Below, piece by piece: positions 50,533 through 54,866 of a stretch of DNA of 54,866 bases. The stretch lies in IMG/VR virus record IMGVR_UViG_3300033146_003306, positions 1 through 54,866 of that record; one strand, given 5' to 3'. Position 1 is the first letter of the stretch. The number at the start of each line of letters is the position of its first letter. The stretch is from a virus (lineage: Duplodnaviria; Caudoviricetes). The translations under genes were made by a program, and so were the position numbers. Under the pieces are notes generated by a model. It saw only the letters and a list, made by a program, of their open reading frames with translations. It was not told where the DNA came from and did not search any database.

Positions 50533-50813
50533 TATTGAATATGTATGTATGCCACGCCAGAAGTCCATGCAGTTGACCCTATCTGGTAGTAATAGTTCCC
50601 ACCGGATATGTCAACTGCTTCAATCGGTGCTGTGTAGTTCTGGACAATCCCTATATTATCAGTGCTTGGAGTCTCTCCGTATTCTTCAAGCCACCTTCTT
50701 ACGGATATTGTTCCTACAAAAGTTCCTTTTACAGATATCGACACACAGTCACCCTTTGAAAGCGATAGTGCGTCTGTCCATTGATCATTGGCTGTTACGG
50801 TTGTGTCTAACAT
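50532..50813 (-). CDS. small beta-sandwich structural protein
   Basis: ISVKGTFVGTISVRR..YYQIG..WTSG. Confidence 0.55.
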   Translation of the reverse strand: MLDTTVTANDQWTDALSLSKGDCVSISVKGTFVGTISVRRWLEEYGETPSTDNIGIVQNYTAPIEAVDISGGNYYYQIGSTAWTSGVAYIHIQ

Positions 50814-50824
50814 TTATCACCTCT

Positions 50825-52285
50825 TTACAGTACGTTGTTGTCTTGATTGTCTTGCCTTGATTCCATTATTGACCTTAACTCTGCTGCGCTCATGTCTTTT
50901 CTATCTTCCATTATTTGGCTTACTATATTTTCTGAGAATCCCATGATTTGCTCAAGGAATATTTTTACAGGAAGGACAGACTCTCCGCTCATAGTCAGGT
51001 AATCTTTTAATGCTCTCATTCTTGACTCTGCAATTTTAGATTTGTCAATTGCAGACATAGAGTATAAGTCAGGCCATTCTATCCTATATGGCGTAGCTGG
51101 TTCGGGTAATACCCCTACCTTAATCATTTTGTCAATGAACGGTCTTAGTATTAAAAGTTCTCCGTGGTCAATTCGTCTTTCATCAACTCTTTTGTTCCAA
51201 TTGACTTCATCTTGACCAGACGCAAGCTCACCTGACTCTGACCCTAATAAAATTCTTTTTGGAATTGCTTTTGCCGAAGACACAAGCGTACACAAGACAT
51301 CAAATATATTTTTAGGATCAGCAACTTGTGTTTCAATCGTTTTTACGTCCATGTTTTGCAGCTTTAGATATCTCTGCATGTTATTTACGTAGTTATCAAT
51401 TTCATTCGTTAAGGCGGTTCTTGCTTCTTCGCCCATGGTTGCGCCTTCATCGTTCTTAAATGCAAGCCCCTGAAACGCACCTCTCCAAAACATTTCTGCT
51501 CCACCACCTGAAACAGTATCTATATCTTGCAGCCTATTGTAAACATTCTCTAATCTTGGTGTTCCAAAGATATCATTTTCTGTTGCAAGCTCAGGAATAA
51601 CATGAATCACTCTTGAGTGATGGACATTAAAACTATTGCCTACGCCTGATGTTTGAGCAAGTGTTGTGCTGTCACTTGATAATGGGGTTACTTGATACAT
51701 ATCAGGCTTCATGTATCTTTCACTTACTGGATTTGTATCATAGTTAAGTATCTTTGCAGTTCCTTCATGGTAAGGGCGCATGTATGTTAGCTGCATATTT
51801 TTTTTATAAGTGACTGGTTGATCTAATTTTTTAGAATCATTAAAACCTAAAACAATGATGCCGTACCGTCCTATCCCAGATATAATATCTGCTCTTGATA
51901 AATAATAAAATAATTTATTTTTTGTTGTTATTTGCTTGAATTTAACTTCAAATTCTGTTTCTGTTGAAGGAGTATTTGATTCTAAGACATTCGGCTTCAT
52001 ACTCCACACTGCACTTGGAAATGCTGAGACAACTCTTGTTGCTATGTCTTGCCTTTTGAATCTCCATAGATAATCAGAAAATTCTAACTTTTTTTTATAT
52101 CCTAATATTGTATATAAATCTCTTGTGCCATTATGTGTTGTGCCTATGCTGTCATTTGCGTAACCTGCAAGTATTGACCTGCTTGACAAAGCATTTGTAA
52201 CAGCTTCAAGAGAATTTATCGCTTGCTGCTTCGCAGTTTCTAACGCAGAGTCAGTTGTTTTTGCGATTTGTTTTTTTCTCCGCAT
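50825..52285 (-). CDS. portal protein (DUF1073-type)
   Basis: HHSRVIH, G.PRLE.VYN.L, IPKRILLGSE.GELAS.QD; follows terminase. Confidence 0.88.
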   Translation of the reverse strand: MRRKKQIAKTTDSALETAKQQAINSLEAVTNALSSRSILAGYANDSIGTTHNGTRDLYTILGYKKKLEFSDYLWRFKRQDIATRVVSAFPSAVWSMKPNVLESNTPSTETEFEVKFKQITTKNKLFYYLSRADIISGIGRYGIIVLGFNDSKKLDQPVTYKKNMQLTYMRPYHEGTAKILNYDTNPVSERYMKPDMYQVTPLSSDSTTLAQTSGVGNSFNVHHSRVIHVIPELATENDIFGTPRLENVYNRLQDIDTVSGGGAEMFWRGAFQGLAFKNDEGATMGEEARTALTNEIDNYVNNMQRYLKLQNMDVKTIETQVADPKNIFDVLCTLVSSAKAIPKRILLGSESGELASGQDEVNWNKRVDERRIDHGELLILRPFIDKMIKVGVLPEPATPYRIEWPDLYSMSAIDKSKIAESRMRALKDYLTMSGESVLPVKIFLEQIMGFSENIVSQIMEDRKDMSAAELRSIMESRQDNQDNNVL

Positions 52286-52389
52286 TATTTATCCTTTAAT
52301 TTTTTGTATATTTTTGTATATTTTTTGTATATTTTATTTAAAATTATTATATATAATAGTAGCACCTATCAATAACAAAGCCAAATAAA

Positions 52390-54087
52390 TCACCATGTTC
52401 CGGCCTGTTTTGTTCCTAACGCTAACTTATTAAATGCGCCTGCTGAGCTATCCCATGTGTCATTATGTGCACCTTTAGGTGCAAGAGCCATCTCTTCTAA
52501 CGCAATATTGTTCCACTTCCCATCACAAAAACCAACGTTTCCTGCATAGACTTGATCGGCATACGGTTCTGCCCTGCCTGTTTTACCGACTCTTTGGCCT
52601 GTTGACGGTTGTTTTGTTTCTGTTTTTACTCTGAATCCTGCCAATTCCCTTATTGTTATTTCTGCTGATTCTTTTCCTCCTGAACCTGGTTCTTGTTCTA
52701 TCCAATTTACTATGTTTTCGCCGAATTTATTTTTATCTCTTACTGCTGTTTGTCTTATTTTTTGATTCCTTTTAGTTGAAGACCATTGGCCTCTTTCCAT
52801 ATCTTCGATTATGTATTGCGGGCCGTCATACTTCCTTTTCATTCTGTGCATTAATGCTCCACAGGTATAATCACCCCCACCTGCGGTTGCTGCTTTATCC
52901 CAATACCTTACTGACTCTTCTATCATATGGAGTGGTGGCTTAGGCACATCTTCAACTATTCTATCTGCATCAAATAGTCCCGTTCCTCTTGCTACTGGAA
53001 CCTGATCTAGCTGCCCTGCTGCGGCATATGGCCCTAAGTTTGCTCTTAAAGTCGCTATTGCCTGTTTCCCTCTTCTGATAGGATCAAAAAAACCACCTCT
53101 TGCCTTATAGTATTTTTTGCACTCTTCCGGCTTTATGTATTCCTGATACGTAACAGGTAAGCATATATGATTTATTGGACGCATATCAGGGTTCTTTTTT
53201 GCCTTAGATATTAGATGTCCTGTTGTGTCTGTTGAGCCTAATCTCTGCATCACAACTATCATCATTGTTACATCTTGGTCTGTATTTCTTGAAGACAATG
53301 TTTCATCAAAATATGTGTTTGCGCCGGACGCTTTTCTTTCTGAATCAGATGACAGCGGGTTCATCGGGTCATCAGGTATCTTACAATCAAAATGCTGTCC
53401 TGTAACACCTCCGTTTATTCCTACCGACCATCTTTGACCTCCTTGTGTATTCCAAAAATCTCTTATTCCACTTGAATCTTTTTTTATTCTTAGCTCGGGA
53501 AAATAAGACATATATTTGTCGCATTCAACTACTGCTTTATGCTTTCTTGCATTAGCCAGTGCAGCGTCTTCATTATATGAAACTCCACAAAACCGCATGA
53601 AGCCACCGTATATCCTTTTTTCTTTTTCATCTTCATTGTCAGGTCTTAACTTTCCCGCTTTTCTTTTTATTTCATATGTTTTTTTGTATTCTTGTGTTTC
53701 AGGCAATACAGCGATCCATGCCCACGCAGGGAGGAGCTGTGACACAATAGTGCTTTTGCTTGTTCCGGGAGCTACATTTATTATTATGTCGCTTTCAGCG
53801 GGAAGCCTTGCAATAATTCTAAAAATAACAGGCTGTAATAGATTGCATAAATATTTAACATGCCAATTCAAAACAACCTCACCTGGTATCAATTCTGATA
53901 TAAACGTCTGTACAAAAAAATAAAAATTACGTCTGCATTTTTCAGCGATCAAAGCGTCTTTATTAAACACTAACGCCTGAACAGACTTATCTTTGTCTTG
54001 CCTTAGTATCTTTTCTGCTAATTTTCTTTTTTTATAAACTGACATCTCAGAAAATTCTTCTGAAAGCTCTGTTTCTGGCGTATCCAT
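52390..54087 (-). CDS. terL: terminase large subunit
   Basis: NVAPGTSKS, DDP, VMQRL, YWDKA, EQEPGSGGK, HNDTWD. Confidence 0.93.
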   Translation of the reverse strand: MDTPETELSEEFSEMSVYKKRKLAEKILRQDKDKSVQALVFNKDALIAEKCRRNFYFFVQTFISELIPGEVVLNWHVKYLCNLLQPVIFRIIARLPAESDIIINVAPGTSKSTIVSQLLPAWAWIAVLPETQEYKKTYEIKRKAGKLRPDNEDEKEKRIYGGFMRFCGVSYNEDAALANARKHKAVVECDKYMSYFPELRIKKDSSGIRDFWNTQGGQRWSVGINGGVTGQHFDCKIPDDPMNPLSSDSERKASGANTYFDETLSSRNTDQDVTMMIVVMQRLGSTDTTGHLISKAKKNPDMRPINHICLPVTYQEYIKPEECKKYYKARGGFFDPIRRGKQAIATLRANLGPYAAAGQLDQVPVARGTGLFDADRIVEDVPKPPLHMIEESVRYWDKAATAGGGDYTCGALMHRMKRKYDGPQYIIEDMERGQWSSTKRNQKIRQTAVRDKNKFGENIVNWIEQEPGSGGKESAEITIRELAGFRVKTETKQPSTGQRVGKTGRAEPYADQVYAGNVGFCDGKWNNIALEEMALAPKGAHNDTWDSSAGAFNKLALGTKQAGTW

Positions 54088-54291
54088 TTTATTTTCCTTT
54101 TTTTAATAAAAAATATTTCAAGAGTAAGTTTAATTTAGTATAATATATGAAGAGTGTGAAATAAAGTATTTTAGAATTTTGAGTTTGTCTTACAAATAAA
54201 AAGGGGGAAGTTATGCTTTATCGCAAGTAATGATAAATATAAAACAAAGTAACTAAAACACAAATACAAAACGATCATTTTCAAAGAAGTT

Positions 54292-54321
54292 AAACCCTGC
54301 ATATTTTATGCAGGGTTTTTT
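54292..54321 (+). terminator. intrinsic terminator, plus strand
   Basis: AAACCCTGCATA-TTT-TATGCAGGGTTT followed by further Ts. Confidence 0.7.
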
Positions 54322-54635
54322 GTAAAGGGTTTTTGAGCAAAAAGTGAAAAAATTCTAAAATAAAATAAATGATGTGCTTATATGGAATTTCTGCAACCAA
54401 CCTGATTGTTGCTTTGTGGTTGCAATCGTTACGACAATATTGTGCGCTGCATATCATTTAGCTTTGTCGTTATGTTTATTATTTAATCCTTATTTAAGTT
54501 GTCAATAGCTTGCAATAAGCTTTTGATTGTTTCTGGTGGATGGTTGTTCTGAATCATTGAATGTGCTAACGCATACTTATTTTGTTGCGACTTCATGCAG
54601 ATATAACTGTTTGTAATCGCCCCTAAAGTAATAAT

Positions 54636-54866
54636 TACCGAAAAAAAGCCAATCGCTATTGCAATAGCATAGCATTTGAACCATAATCATTTCTGTATTT
54701 CTTTTTAACTAATTTTTCAAGTGTTTTAAAATCACCATAAAAACACCCTACTGATATCATATTTAGATTGTCTATTGTTAAAGTTCTGTTTTTATTACCA
54801 AAAGTCCCAATAGTTATAAAATCATTATTTGATTTTACGTGACTGTTGCCTCTTAAAATAGACCTA
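54636..54866 (-). CDS. C-terminus of a phage repeat protein (partial)
   Basis: ..FITIGTFGNKNRTLT..SVGCFYGDFKTLEKLVKKKY; 5-nt duplication (ATGCT) shifts the last codons. Confidence 0.45.

Overview
An AT-rich ~55-kb segment of a large tailed dsDNA phage (siphovirus-type, lambda/T1-like tail tip, probably a Gram-negative host). Essentially all real genes are on the minus strand. Reading right to left: terminase, portal, a 6.4-kb accessory structural block, head genes, neck/tail genes, tail tip and tailspike, then a self-contained replication/recombination region (SF2 helicase, primase, iteron-bearing initiator, DnaC-like loader, C5 MTase, DnaB-like helicase, beta-clamp-like protein, DnaE with an HNH intein, clamp loader, UvsY/SSB/RecA-like proteins, endonuclease VII, ThyX-like protein, SbcC-like ATPase). 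Best lead: the primase gene really starts at 24676. It has one in-frame UGA exactly at the fourth Zn-ligand Cys of its zinc finger (CPYC...CFR-UGA-GGH), followed by a hairpin fitting the bacterial SECIS rule, making it a candidate phage-encoded selenoprotein replication enzyme. Caveat: the window also shows several frameshift/deletion lesions (tape measure gene, small ORFs), so simple decay is a live alternative. All family calls are from motif recognition by eye, not database searches.
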